This document shows, in pieces, positions 13,308 to 24,900 of a DNA stretch of 40,202 bases. Source of the stretch: Phoronis australis (taxonomy: Eukaryota; Animalia; Phoronida); the NCBI GenBank assembly GCA_002633005.1, contig NMRA01000900.1, forward strand, positions 1 through 40,202, read 5' to 3'. The notes under the pieces were generated by a model that was not told the DNA's origin, ran no database searches, and worked only from the letters and a program-made list of their open reading frames with translations. A program made the position numbers and the translations under genes. The stretch's first letter is position 1. Each line of letters begins with the position of its first letter.

Positions 13308-15012
13308 AAGTATGCTATGAACAGAAATTCTTTCATAAAAATCAAGATTTAATTATAAGTTCACTCTTATAATGCTAGGTTGTTTGGAATTGAATATTAC
13401 TCACCGACAGACCTAACCAAGTTTTCTGGGTTAGATAGAGGTCTGATCCCCAGAAAAGAATCTATCCAGAACGGCGAGGACGCACGTATCGCCCCAGGCA
13501 ACTACTAGGACATCTACTTCTTGCGGCAACCAACGACTGCCACGTTGCATGGTGACGAATAAGTTTTTAAGAGATTATTCATTATAAAGAAACTAATGTC
13601 GGATAAACACTCGCACGTTGAATACTGAGAAATGGCGGTAAACTTTCGTCCCGAGTGCTTTATGATTTTCTTATTTTTTTAGTGAAATTTGAATACTTCA
13701 ACAATTAGGCTGCGTGTGATGATTGACAACAAACTTTTTTCTTACTTCACTAGTAATTACTTGAGGAATTTTTTGAGAAGTATTTGCGACGACTGCCCTC
13801 TGTTGACGATTGCAATGCCTTCTTGTGATAACTTCGATTGTACCGGAGTTAAGCGTTCATACTGACCGCAACTCCACAAACCATCGACACGTCGACGTTA
13901 GTATGAAAGGCTCAATAGACATGCCCCATAGAAGTTATACTTCAAAGAGAGTTATGCCTGACAAAAATGAGATCACTTTACACAAGTAGTTAGTGTGAAA
14001 GACAAACACATTCTGATACGCTGTGGAGTTAAGCAAGTACATGCACGCGCACTCAGTCAAAGAAAAGGTTGTCTCGAATTTATGAGGATGTGTACCTATA
14101 ACTAAGAAAAGATTGGTGGAACTGGACTTTTGTCTCATGTTTTACTTTTTTCGGACTTTTCGTTTCTACCCAGTCAACATTGCAGTACTGGCCCAGTACT
14201 GTCCCATTACCGTCCACGATACTGTCCCAGTGCCGCAGGCCAGTACTGGCGCAGTACCGTCGTGCACACTGGCAAACGTACTGGCCCTGTACCGTATGCA
14301 ATACTGGGCCAGTACTGGGCCAATACCGGGGCGGTAACGGGCTGTAACAGTTTTATACGGTATTGGGCCATTAATAAGCCAGTACCCTTTTTAGGGCCGG
14401 GCCGGTATTGGCCCTGTACTGGGCTGGCTTACTCCCAGTACTGGCCCAGTACATTATTGATGATGGCCCTATACCCTATACGTAGTAATGGGCCAGTACC
14501 AGAATGGTAACGGGCCGGCTTTATACGTTACTGGGCCATTAATCAGCCAATACCGTATGCAGTACTGGGCCAGCACTGGTCCAATAAGTTTCCTAAAATG
14601 ATTTTGTATATGCAGTGCTGGACCAGTATTGGCATAACAGTCAGCGGTGACACTTTCAGTGCTGATAAGCAAGTACTATTCTGTCAAACTGTTCTGTAGC
14701 AGTTTGCTGTTTCTTGGCCAGATTCTACTTGCAGTAGTTACTACTGTGCTGCTACACAAATTGTAATGTGTTATCCATAGTCTCCTTAATGCTGCTATTT
14801 GGCACTAAAATGTCTTAACCTTTTTGCACAATGTTCGGTGTGCGTAATGAAAAAGTTCGGGCAATGAACAATGAAAAATGACTTTACTGTACATGTTTAT
14901 TGCCATATCAACAAGAATATATAAGGTATGGTTCTTATTGTCACTAATTCTAATATTTCTGAGTCTCTACTTATTGTACTGACTATTCCATAATCAACAT
15001 TCAAAAAAATTC

Positions 15013-16833
15013 TAATCTAAATCCGTTTGCACTTCATTATCCTCTTCCTGTTGTTGCTGTTGCTGCACTAATCTGGCCAGCTCCCTTCCCTTCTGCCACC
15101 TTCACGGTCAGGGACACTCCGTAGCCAAACTCCGAGAAGTTTTTCTGCCTCCACAGCATCTCTGCCATGTAGATTGACAATGGCCCCTAAAATAAATGCA
15201 GATTCAATGAAACTTCCAATAACATAAATCAACACAGTTCAAATTGCAATCATAGTTAATATGAGAGCCAATGCTGGTAATAAATTAATTTGCGTTATCG
15301 AACAAACAAAAACTTTGCTTTAGTGTATGGGCCAGTTATCATATGGAATTTTGTCCAATTATTAATGATCTATGGTAGAGTGAATGCCATCTCGGGTATT
15401 GTGTTTGATTTCAAACAACAGAGGTATGGGCCATCATAAACGAACTGATATCTATGTTATACTTGAAGGTAAATATAAAATCTGAAACATATGGCTCCTT
15501 GCATTGCCAGTAAAAATTTAGCTTTTAAACAGTCGTTTCATTTTAGTAAAACAAGCCTTTGGGTCAAGTGACGCAAAAGACCTCAAATCCATGAGCCATT
15601 TTTGAAAACCTTTAAGGCGACAATTCAATGCATCACTTGGCCCAAGTGGAGCAACCCCAACTCATCGAGATTTTTTATGATGCGGGTGCAGCCCTAAAAC
15701 CATCCCTGTATTTAAAAGAAAACTCCGTGATTTTAGATGTTTGCGTATAATAGGATCTAAAATGAATTTTTAGATGAATGGAAAAAATAAAAGTTTTCTA
15801 AATTCTGGTTTTCCCCAAAATCAGATATTATGTTACATGAGTTCACTGCCATGTTTTAGTATTCAAGTCAATGTATAGTGCTGTCTTCTACTTAACCATT
15901 TATTTGAAACACATGTAAGTTCCTGTTTGAAATTGTGTTGAATATTTCCTGAAAGATCTTCAAGCTGTTAACAGTTTTTACATTTTGACACTGAGGACAG
16001 ATCGAGCCACTAGCGGGCCTGAATAGGACTTAGTTTGCATGTGGTTGAGTTACAGTCAGACTGTGGCTTCTAAGATTAGATTTCAAAATGTGACTCGGAC
16101 ACTCTCATCAAAGTCGTGCATGGTTTGATTTCAAATACACCAACGTCTTACAAATTTAAACCAGAATCTCCTACAAAATGTTCACATCATGTATCAGATT
16201 GGAAGCTTGCCAATGACTCGAATACATGGCAATAAAAGACAGCAATTTTACATTGACTTAACCAGTAAAAAACAGAGGAAAGTTCATGTGACTTAACGTC
16301 CTGTTCCGGGAAAATTTGGATTTAGACAAATTAATTTTCTGAAGCGAGAAAGACCATAGAATTTTATTCCAGACTTTATATTGGTCTTTCATTAAATGGG
16401 TCACGTGGCCAAGTATTTTTTAGCAAAATTCAGCAAAAAATGAAAGGTAATTTCACAGCTGAACAATGGTATCCATACAATAACCAATTTTTTTAGATTG
16501 CAATGACAAAAAAATTACAAAAAATGACACACTGACCACAAGCCAGAGATACATGTAACTGGCATCATGATGACCAAGTGGTCATTGTGCATTAACAGAA
16601 ACTGTCTTACCAGCTTATTCTTCAGTGAGGAATCTTGACTCAGAATTTCCTGCAGCTGGTCGACCTCAGCCATAGCTTTTAGGGGAAACTCAGGGCAATG
16701 ATGTAGCGGTGTCGTCACCAGCAAAAGAAGCTTGCTGTAAGTTTATGAGTTTCTTCTGAATTGCGAGTCATGAACAAGCTGCTCCACGTTCACCTGGATC
16801 TGTGACAGAGTATTAAAACTTTCTCCCTCAAAG
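15013..16833 (-). pseudogene. Spliced DUF4806-like remnant inside the EnSpm-like element
   Basis: Exon ~16833-16611 reads PEFPLKAMAEVDQLQEILSQDSSLKNKL followed by GTAAG. Terminal exon ~15186-15013 reads AIVNLHGRDAVEAEKLLGVWLRSVPDREGGRR...QQQQQQEEDNEVQTDLD*, with frameshifts. The family call rests on the recalled WLRxxPDRxGGR motif. Confidence 0.6.
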
Positions 16834-18319
16834 CCTACAAGTTAAATTATAAACATAACAACTCTTAAGTTCTATAACAAACAATGTAATGTTTTGTAGT
16901 TAATGATGTGACATGCTTTTCCTGCCTTCAAAAATTCTTTAAAATGTCGGTGACCAATGACCGCATTAACATTTTGAGTACACCTAGAAGCAATTTTTTC
17001 AAAAACTACACCAAGTTGAATTCTTAAAATGTTGCTACACGAGCTTTAACATACTACTTCTGAAAGAGCGTATCCAGTTCACATCGCTTGGTCAAAAATG
17101 GAAAACTTCAAACTAAGATGAAATAAGAACGACTATAAGCCAGAAAAGAACCTATGAGCTCCACTCCAATCACTGATAACAATAAGCTGAGATCTTGCCT
17201 TATGTTGCCATTTGATGCTTTGAAAACAACTGACATTGCCACTGAGTGAGATCGGTTTTACAAGGGAATAAACTTGCGTTTTAAAAAGTTTAATATTCTA
17301 GACATGTCTATTTCTCGCAGACAGAGACCACTTTCTGGATATATAGGCGATGTAGGGCTCAGTATGTATTTAATCACTCATATTTTTTGTTTTATAGCCA
17401 TACGTTGCACTTCACAAATGTAAGATCTTACAAACGCCGAGTAAAAGGAAACCCACCAGAAATATGTCTGCCACTTTAACTGCTTCGTAGTTCAACCATG
17501 TTTACATCTGAACCTAGTGCAGTGGGTCTCGAGTGGTTTAGGGGGATAGACATCTCTGATGGAGGCAACGGAAGTGCTGCGAAGGATGGAGGCATGTTTG
17601 GACTTGCTGGATGCTGGTACCTCACAGGTTGGGATTTCCATGGAGGGGAAATGGACTCCTAAATCTCTAGAGCTGTACCTGGATGGTGCCTTGTGCCTAA
17701 AATTACAGGATTTAGACTTAATTTAGGGTCAAACTCTTCAGCGTGATTTTGAAAGGTGAACAACCTTGCCTTAATTGAACAGTGTTTCAAGGTTATGGTA
17801 ATCCCACATAAGTAACTTTAGAAAAAGTTCAATGTTCGGTTCTGAAGAACACTTAGCTCGATCTTTCTGAACATAGCTTTCCAGTGCACGTATATTACTT
17901 TTGATTTTGAGAGTTACATTATAGAAGAATTGAGATAAGTGCCTGTGGTCAAGTTGTAGCAGTCTAAATTATCTGAAAGTCAAACCTACTGCATCTTAGC
18001 AATCTTAATTAATTTACTATTTTGCATTTCAAGTCTGTAAACTCATTGCTTGACACAAAGGAGACAAAAGTCAGAAATGACGACTTAATTAACCAGTCGG
18101 TGTTGATTAGACAATGTTAGTTAATCGGAGTATTGGGCTAGATAATTAAAATATGTAGGAGATTATCTAGAGGGTACTCATGCTTAAGAAAATAATGCTT
18201 TAAAGGGTACCTTTTTCGGGATTCTGGTGCATAACTTGCACGTTACACAGTTAGGCCTAGTGTACATGTACATGTTTTTCAGCCTTTTTGGCAATAAGGG
18301 GGTAAAAGGGAAGTAAAGG

Positions 18320-18424
18320 GATCCCTCTTGAAAATGGCTGCCCCGATCCAGTTTACACTGAGTAATGGACATTGACGTAACTCAATGAAACTCAGGTTCC
18401 TGGCAGCCATTTTCAAGAGCGATC
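18320..18424. repeat. Inverted repeat/hairpin, 23-bp arms with 1 mismatch
   Basis: GATCCCTCTTGAAAATGGCTGCC (18320-18342) vs GGCAGCCATTTTCAAGAGCGATC (18402-18424); the spacer is partly self-complementary. Confidence 0.85.
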
Positions 18425-19821
18425 TACTTATTCCGCTTTTGATAGATTTATCAGCACGGCCACTCCGGAAAGGTTTGACAATGCTGGGTATGATGTCCAA
18501 GGCTTTCTATGCATTTAGGGTCTCAAATCAGGCACTATATAGTATATAGTTGGATTTTATAGACAACCATGCAGTTCATCCACTAACTAACCGGCCCGTT
18601 ATTCTGTGATTGCCTGGTTCTCTAAGTCCGGGACCACTATATCAGACCAGTGGCCTCAAATCATTCTCTGGTCATTCGGCTATTTCACTCAATAAAATGT
18701 GTTAATATTAATAATAAATAGTACTGGTCTCATGCTAATTTTTCCTCTGCTTGTTAACTACAAAAGTCAAAATGACCTCAAAAAGTCATGTTAAAGTTGT
18801 AAATAAACTATGACTGAGAATTTCACTCCATTAGTGTTTTCATTCTGACAAGGAAGATTTTTTGCTGTCCAAGACATTCTATTAGGATCATTCTTTTAAA
18901 ACTAGCGTAGCAGGTACTGGGATTTTTAACGGTCGTGCCCCCCCCCCCACAGCACAAGTCAAACGGTTAACTTAAAAAACTACAAATTACTGTAATAAAC
19001 TGCATGGCTATTGGTAATACTATTATTAATCTTAGCTATTCTTACCTCCTGTCTCCAGAAGTACAACCAGTATAATAGCAGAAGCAGCACCATTCTTTCT
19101 GACAACTCAACTGCCATCCTTTCAAATGTGGTTTCTTGACACAAATAAGACTGACATCTGTTGTGAATTAAGCTTGCGTTCAGCGACACCTCTTGGCTGC
19201 TATGTTACTTCATCCAGGAAGGAGTACAAACTAATGTTTTAACAATACCGGGCCGACATTGGCCCGGTACTGTCAAAACAATACATTTTCGAGCGGTACA
19301 AACTCTGGTTTTGACGGTAAAAAAACAGCACTGGCCCAGTACTGTTAAAACGATAGTTGTTTTAGCTGGCTTCAGTTACGGTAATTTGGTATTGGGCCGA
19401 TATCGGCCCAGTAACGTAAAACGATATACGGTACAAACGGTACAAGCCAGCACTGAACCAGTAATGGCCCAGTTTTGTGATGTTGACTGGGTGTGGGGCA
19501 AACTTTTTTGCCCACTATGCCAAATAGGGGGGGCTCGTTCGAGCTCCAGACCCCCATGTATGCAGGCATGGGAAACAAGCTGTGTGGGTACAGAGGAATG
19601 TAGGCTTATCAAAGAATAAGGTGTTTTTTACTGTTCTGAGAAAGAATTAAGTTGACTCAATAATCCCTGTTTAGGGTACATATTCTTCAGCAAGATAGCC
19701 TGAGGCACGCGTATCCTGTGATAATTCAGAGTAGTGCCTGGGAACTTCATACTAATATATCAAATCAGACTGCTTACACTAAAACAGCAGTTTCTTATTT
19801 TAGTTAATTATTGAATTGTAC

Positions 19822-20420
19822 CTCTTGGATACGGCGACTTCACAATCGCAGTTCATGTAGCTCTTCTAAGGATTTCCCTGCTAGGTCAGATCTATGCATA
19901 CTCTGCACCCAAATCGCATAACTAAATTGAACCATACACTGAAATATAGCCTACACGTCAACAAACAACGTCGTTAGATTGTGCAAGCTTGCAAATATTC
20001 TCCAATAAACATGGCCATGTAAGTGCTATCTCGCCCCAGTTTTCACACAGTGAACAAGGCCAGCTGACCAGTACACTGGGTCTGACCCTGTAACCTGAAC
20101 TGTAGACTACACACAGACTAGTTTTCTTTGCCTAAACACAGCTGATACAACTCCACTTCAATGCTGTTACATTCATGGCAGTGGATATGCTGCCACTACC
20201 AAATGAGTCTAATACGACCATGCTGTGGACCTCAGTATTGTCAACTACTAGTAACTATCCCTAATACGTAGGCCTGCTACTATTAATATTCTACTACAGT
20301 ACTGACTCCTGTTCTCCGATCAGCACTTGTCAGTAGTGGTATGGAATATATAATGAATATACACTTACCTCTCCTTATCTTTAGGCAAGCGAAACAAAGT
20401 ATTTTGAAAAGCACCAGATG
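19822..20420 (-). pseudogene. Decayed two-exon THAP zinc-finger fragment resembling the THAP12/PRKRIR type
   Basis: TLFRLPKDKE, GTAAGT donor (20368), TTTAG acceptor (19922), then in frame SYAIWVQSMHRSDLAGKSLEELHELRL*S, with a stop where the third Cys is expected. N-terminal cysteines not found. Confidence 0.65.
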
Positions 20421-20751
20421 TCACACTAGCATTAAAGTCATCACATTATTATGCTGTATTTGATCTCTCAGATGGTGGCGCTACTTGTAACGCTGTGACG
20501 TATTTAGATCATAAGTCGGACATCTTAGGTAACTATAAAATCTTTGCCGCAGATCTGTCAAATTTCTATACTCACCATCTAGCAAACACGTCATCATCAG
20601 GATGGCAGTAGCAGAACATTCATTTAGACCTGAGTTAAAACATACAACGTCAATCGTACCCGCCAGCACCTGAAAGTATAACTTTCACTTTTATTTAAAC
20701 AATTCCAGTCCGTAAATACAAGCAAAAAGCGTTTGTATAACGTGGAAGTAC

Positions 20752-20860
20752 ACCAATCACCGAATGGTGGCGCGGCAGAGGGCGGGTCTATAGGTGCACA
20801 TGGGAACTACAACTCACATGATGTTCAAGCTGGTCTTGATCACGCCATTTCTATTGGCAC
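20752..20860. promoter_or_regulatory. Promoter-like motif cluster (CCAAT, GC box, SBS/ZNF143-like ACTACAACTCACA, ATTGG)
   Basis: CCAATCA ~20752, GGGCGG ~20780, ACTACAACTCACA ~20806 and ATTGG ~20854 and ~20862, just upstream of the minus-strand THAP remnant. Confidence 0.35.
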
Positions 20861-21876
20861 CATTGGGAGGCATGAATGCAAAGCGGTTATAACTTGGTCG
20901 CGCAAAATGCTCGACAACAGCACCGGGTAGTCTTTCAGAGGACCTAGGTCAGTATCTCAGAAACACCGTACTTTTTGACGACGTTATTAAATGAGAAATA
21001 ATATACACCCCTGGGAAATTTGATGATGAGCGCCGGGCTTTAAGCATAATTACTACAAGTGTTTTACCTGGCCTTGCATGAAGTAGAACCATTTGGCTAC
21101 GCGGTTAGCTTCTGATTCCCAAGTACTACACTTAGAGGGACTTCATGTTAGAAATCTTGGAGAAGCAGGCGATCAAGACGATTCATTCTGCAACACTTCG
21201 GCTTCATTGAATCCATTCGATATTAACACGTTCAATACTTCACCTACACCTAGATGACCGGTCAAGGTGCTAAAACTAGCCTATGAACACGGGATGATAA
21301 CTACGCAGATCACCATTTACGCAAATCAAGAACTTAGACCTTCTCTGTTTATTTTACCAGTGAAACGTCAATATACCATGAGAACTTGTTAGGAAATACA
21401 ATCCATGATCTTTCACTGTGACTTCCGTGGTTTCTCATGGCACCCATCGAATTCTTCTTTGGCATTTCCCCATTAATGAATGAACATAGGAGTATGGGGT
21501 TTAGGGTTCTTGCAGGAAATGGGATGCCTCATTCGACACCTGGTCGCTGTTAATGATATATTTAACCCATCTGAAAAGAAAACGGGAAATGTTTTAGTAT
21601 ATTTAGGTCTTATTCACACCACAGATTTTACAACAGTGTGTAGCTAACTTTCAATTGACACGACCGTGTCACACTCTCATCGCAAAATCCATTGACGTCA
21701 TCAATTTCAGTCTTCACCTTCTTCACAATTTGATGCAACTGATTTCGGTTCGGTGTGGTGGACAAAGCACGAATGAGGTGACACACAAACTAGTTAAAAT
21801 AGACGTATAGGAAAAAAATTGAATCGGGTTGCAAATGACGTTAATTTTTACAATTATAGTGTGATTTCTTTTTCAG

Positions 21877-21936
21877 GCTGCAGAGAGGAGGAGGTTGGCA
21901 CAAGAGTACATGGCAAACATCTTGGCCTCATTTATG
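21877..21936 (+). CDS. Micro-exon 1 (divergent B-like): AAERRRLAQEYMANILASFM
   Basis: TTTTTCAG acceptor, GTAAAA donor, 60 nt. Confidence 0.75.
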
Positions 21937-24900
21937 GTAAAACACACGTGTCTTCATCGTGAAACGCAATGTTTATGACATAATTGTGACGTCAATCGCA
22001 AACCCCATTTTTGTGGCCTCACATTTCTCAAATTTTTAAACATTGTCGGTGGATGTCTAAACTTCATTAATAAATTGCTTGTTTTCCAGGTTGGACTTAA
22101 TTTGATTTGCCACATGGATGAAGTTCAAACATGAACGGGAATCTGAAGCTGCAAAAGCAACGTAGTTGTTGAAGATTTTGGCGCCTATTTCTTTGAAGCT
22201 AAAATCGCAGTTTCCCCCCGGGTATTGGCAATTCATGGTAATAAAGGAGTGTTCCACGGACCCAATGTCTTCATGACATTTTAAAGTGTTAGCTCTGGGT
22301 TGAAGCATTTTGTCCAACACAACAGATTGAACGTGATGTAATGACTCTAAATTGACCCATCAGTCAGAAATTGAATTGTGTACAATGCAAATATTTATGA
22401 TCTATTTGTTTATTTGTTAAATTTCTGTTACAGGCTTCACAAAATACGGAGGGTGAAAATTGGGCTTGGCAAACTGTCAGCAGCATACTTCCGGTAAAAC
22501 TAATTCCCTCCACGCAAGACTACTGATGATTCTCTGGAGTCAGTTGGATCTTTTTGCCTTAACGCGAAAAACCCGGAACTCAATATTAAAAAGTTTATAA
22601 ATATTTTAAATCAGTTTTTGGCCGCAGTGAGCTTAAAAAAACGGACGATCACCGCACAAGAAAAAAGTTTATGTTTAATCGACAATTCGTCTATTCACTA
22701 GACATCATCAGGATAATTATTTAAAAGGACAGCAAGTGCCAACATACACCTCAGGTAACATTCATAAAGTGAGAATATAGTCAGTATCTGGTCATCACCA
22801 TAGTTGCAGGGTCACTGAGCTCTGCATGTTTTTCAGACAATAGATGGCATGCTGGTTCTGAATGGCCAAAGACTATTTAATGTACATTAATTCTTTACTA
22901 AGTTCGCTGCAGTTAATTCTTAGTGAATTGGCTTGGTCACTGTTGCTAACACAATGCCCATACATGTTGCTTTTCTCTTTAGTGTGATATTGTTTCAGCC
23001 TGTCACAGAGGCGTCTCTGTGTGAGTCCGATTAGAATTACTTACAGTTGTCCCGTTAAGGATACACTCTATAAACAACATGGCGATCGTTCAATAAAGGA
23101 TCCTTTTATTGAGAGGGCAAACTCCCTCTCGCACAGAAAAAGTTGTCTGTTTTTTCCTCTAAACATTTTCTTAGATTCCTGAAGTATTATCCAAGAAAAA
23201 AAAAACACACACGGAGAACGTGTAAAACTTGAAAAACTGCAATTAGCACAGCCTTGAAAACACGACCCGGCGTTTAAAGCGCGCTTGCTTTACCACTACA
23301 TGTATATCACCACAAACTTCACTCGTACTTTGATACTAATAGACTTACTTGTTTATGGTCCACAGTGTTTGCGCGCGAAACCTACTTATTTTTGTAATGT
23401 TTATTACACTTTTTATACTTTTATGCAATCAGTTTGTAACAAATTTGTTGTATTTAAAATAGTCTTTAATTGCCCAAAAGACCAAATCCGTTATTTTGTG
23501 TTGGCATTAATGCCGCAATTGCTTTGGAAATCGTCTTAGGGTTTGCCAACGAGAGAATTATGAGTTCCTGAGTGATTCACTAAGGCTTCGATTAAAATTG
23601 ACATCTGTTTTTTCATTGTCATTCAAATTCAACTTTTTTTAAAAAATGAAATATATTTTTTTCATTGCACAGTGAAGCAGACGACGGAAGCGGAGTCGTA
23701 GTGCGCAGTGCCACTGCCGGTGGCCTGGGATATCGCAGAAGAACTTATACTTAGAAATGGTTCTGTTACAATTGAGCCGTTTTCCGTATTAGACACTTGA
23801 AATTGGATCTGAGCAACAATCCCCCCCCAAACACACTAAAACTGCACACATTTCAGTCTTGTTTCCGCCGTATATTGTTAATTACCGGGGTTAGTTAATA
23901 AACTCAACAATTCACCTTCTCCTCCTGTTTTTTTGGTGCCCCCCTGCCCCCCCTAACTCCGCCTATGTACTGACTATATTCCATGTATCTCTCACTTCAC
24001 TTTACAGATGTTACCTGAACTGTTTGTTGGTACTTGCTGTCCTATAGTTATCCTGATGATGTCTAATGAATAGACGAAACGTTGATTGAACTTGAACTTT
24101 TTTAATTGTGCGGCAACGGTTGGGTTTTTGACCTAATAAATACATGATATTTGATAAAATACCGTTGAACTTAAGACTTTGCAAACCTTAATCAAGTAAG
24201 ATTGCATAGATACTTCTATTCAAGGACTTTAGCTATTTCTTTTTAACGCTAACTCGTGGTTACCTCAACTGTTCCCCAGGACTTTGTTTTCGCTAATCAA
24301 CGGTGTTTAATCTACACTCAGTGCAGACGGTACAATTAAAATATCACTTTCCGACGTCATAAAGCCAGTATCCATTTCACAACTGAATAATATTTTTTTT
24401 TCATTTGTCGTTCCGATGGAATGCCGTTTCGGCCATATTTATTGCCATCTGTAATACTAAAGAACTTTTGATTTCGTGGAATTCGTTAGATAATTCTGGA
24501 AATTGAATGTCAACTCTCACACGTGACCTATTGTTAGAGCTTGTAACCCCAATATTGTAAGGGATTGGACGAGAGTTTGGCCTATGCAATTCTTGCTTTC
24601 TGCTCGAATAAGTTTAGGACGCGAGTAACTTTGTAAGCTAGACTATCAAAATAAAAATGTGACAGTGTGGCTGAGTTGTTAAATAAACACTAATAAATGA
24701 AAAGTTTACCTTCGAAAAGGGTCCATTTCAATAATCTGTGCTACCGACAGCTTTCACTTTGCTTTCCAATCGTCTAGCAGTTGGTAGACTGTACCACATT
24801 TTGAGTTTATCCCGCAATCCCCAACAAAAAAAATCAAATTGTCCTACTATTTAACCCCGGCAAAATATGATATGATCACATACTTTTGTAATTTCACGCA

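Larger units (their letters stand above)
11766..13550 (-). pseudogene. Harbinger second gene: Myb/SANT-like DNA-binding protein, 3 exons (13550-13405, 12597-12523, 12256-~11766)
   Basis: MQRGSRWLPQEVDVLVVAWGDTCVLAVLD (Myb N-terminus) joined out of frame to IDSFLGIRPLSNP (domain end). Acidic linker exon, KRKRR, coiled-coil and Q/H/P-rich tail. GT-AG boundaries; premature stop at 12015. Confidence 0.85.
8689..13911. mobile_element. PIF/Harbinger DNA transposon, near full-length, inactivated
   Basis: Imperfect TIRs GTCCCTTTCATATT / rc GCCTTTCATACT flanked by TAA (8686-8688) and TCA (13912-13914). Perfect subterminal inverted pairs 8704-8716 vs 13842-13854 and 8819-8834 vs 13822-13837. Convergent DDE transposase and Myb/SANT genes inside. 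Confidence 0.88.
14170..19491. mobile_element. EnSpm/CACTA-like (CCCAG-terminus) non-autonomous DNA transposon, ~5.3 kb
   Basis: TIR CCCAGTCAACAT at ~14170 and ATGTTGACTGGG ending 19491. Dense arrays of a GGCCCAGTACTG-like motif in both orientations at ~14185-14635 and ~19245-19475. Flanks TA / TG. No transposase recognised. Confidence 0.78.
22630..24135 (-). mobile_element. Penelope-like retroelement 3' remnant: GIY-YIG endonuclease fragment between inverted pseudo-LTR copies
   Basis: Minus strand ~23105-22850 reads KDPLLNDRHVVYRV..IGLTQRRLCDRLKQYHTKEKSNMYGHC..LMYIK*SLAI. Segments ~22630-22787 and ~23968-24135 are diverged inverted copies, each with a hammerhead-type core. Confidence 0.8.

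Noticed and set aside
14080-14672. Cluster of ORFs of 67-126 aa
   Set aside because: They derive from the GC-rich subterminal repeat array of the EnSpm-like element.
24661-24690. tRNA/SINE A-box-like GTGGCTGAGTTGTTAA
   Set aside because: No B box or cloverleaf follows.
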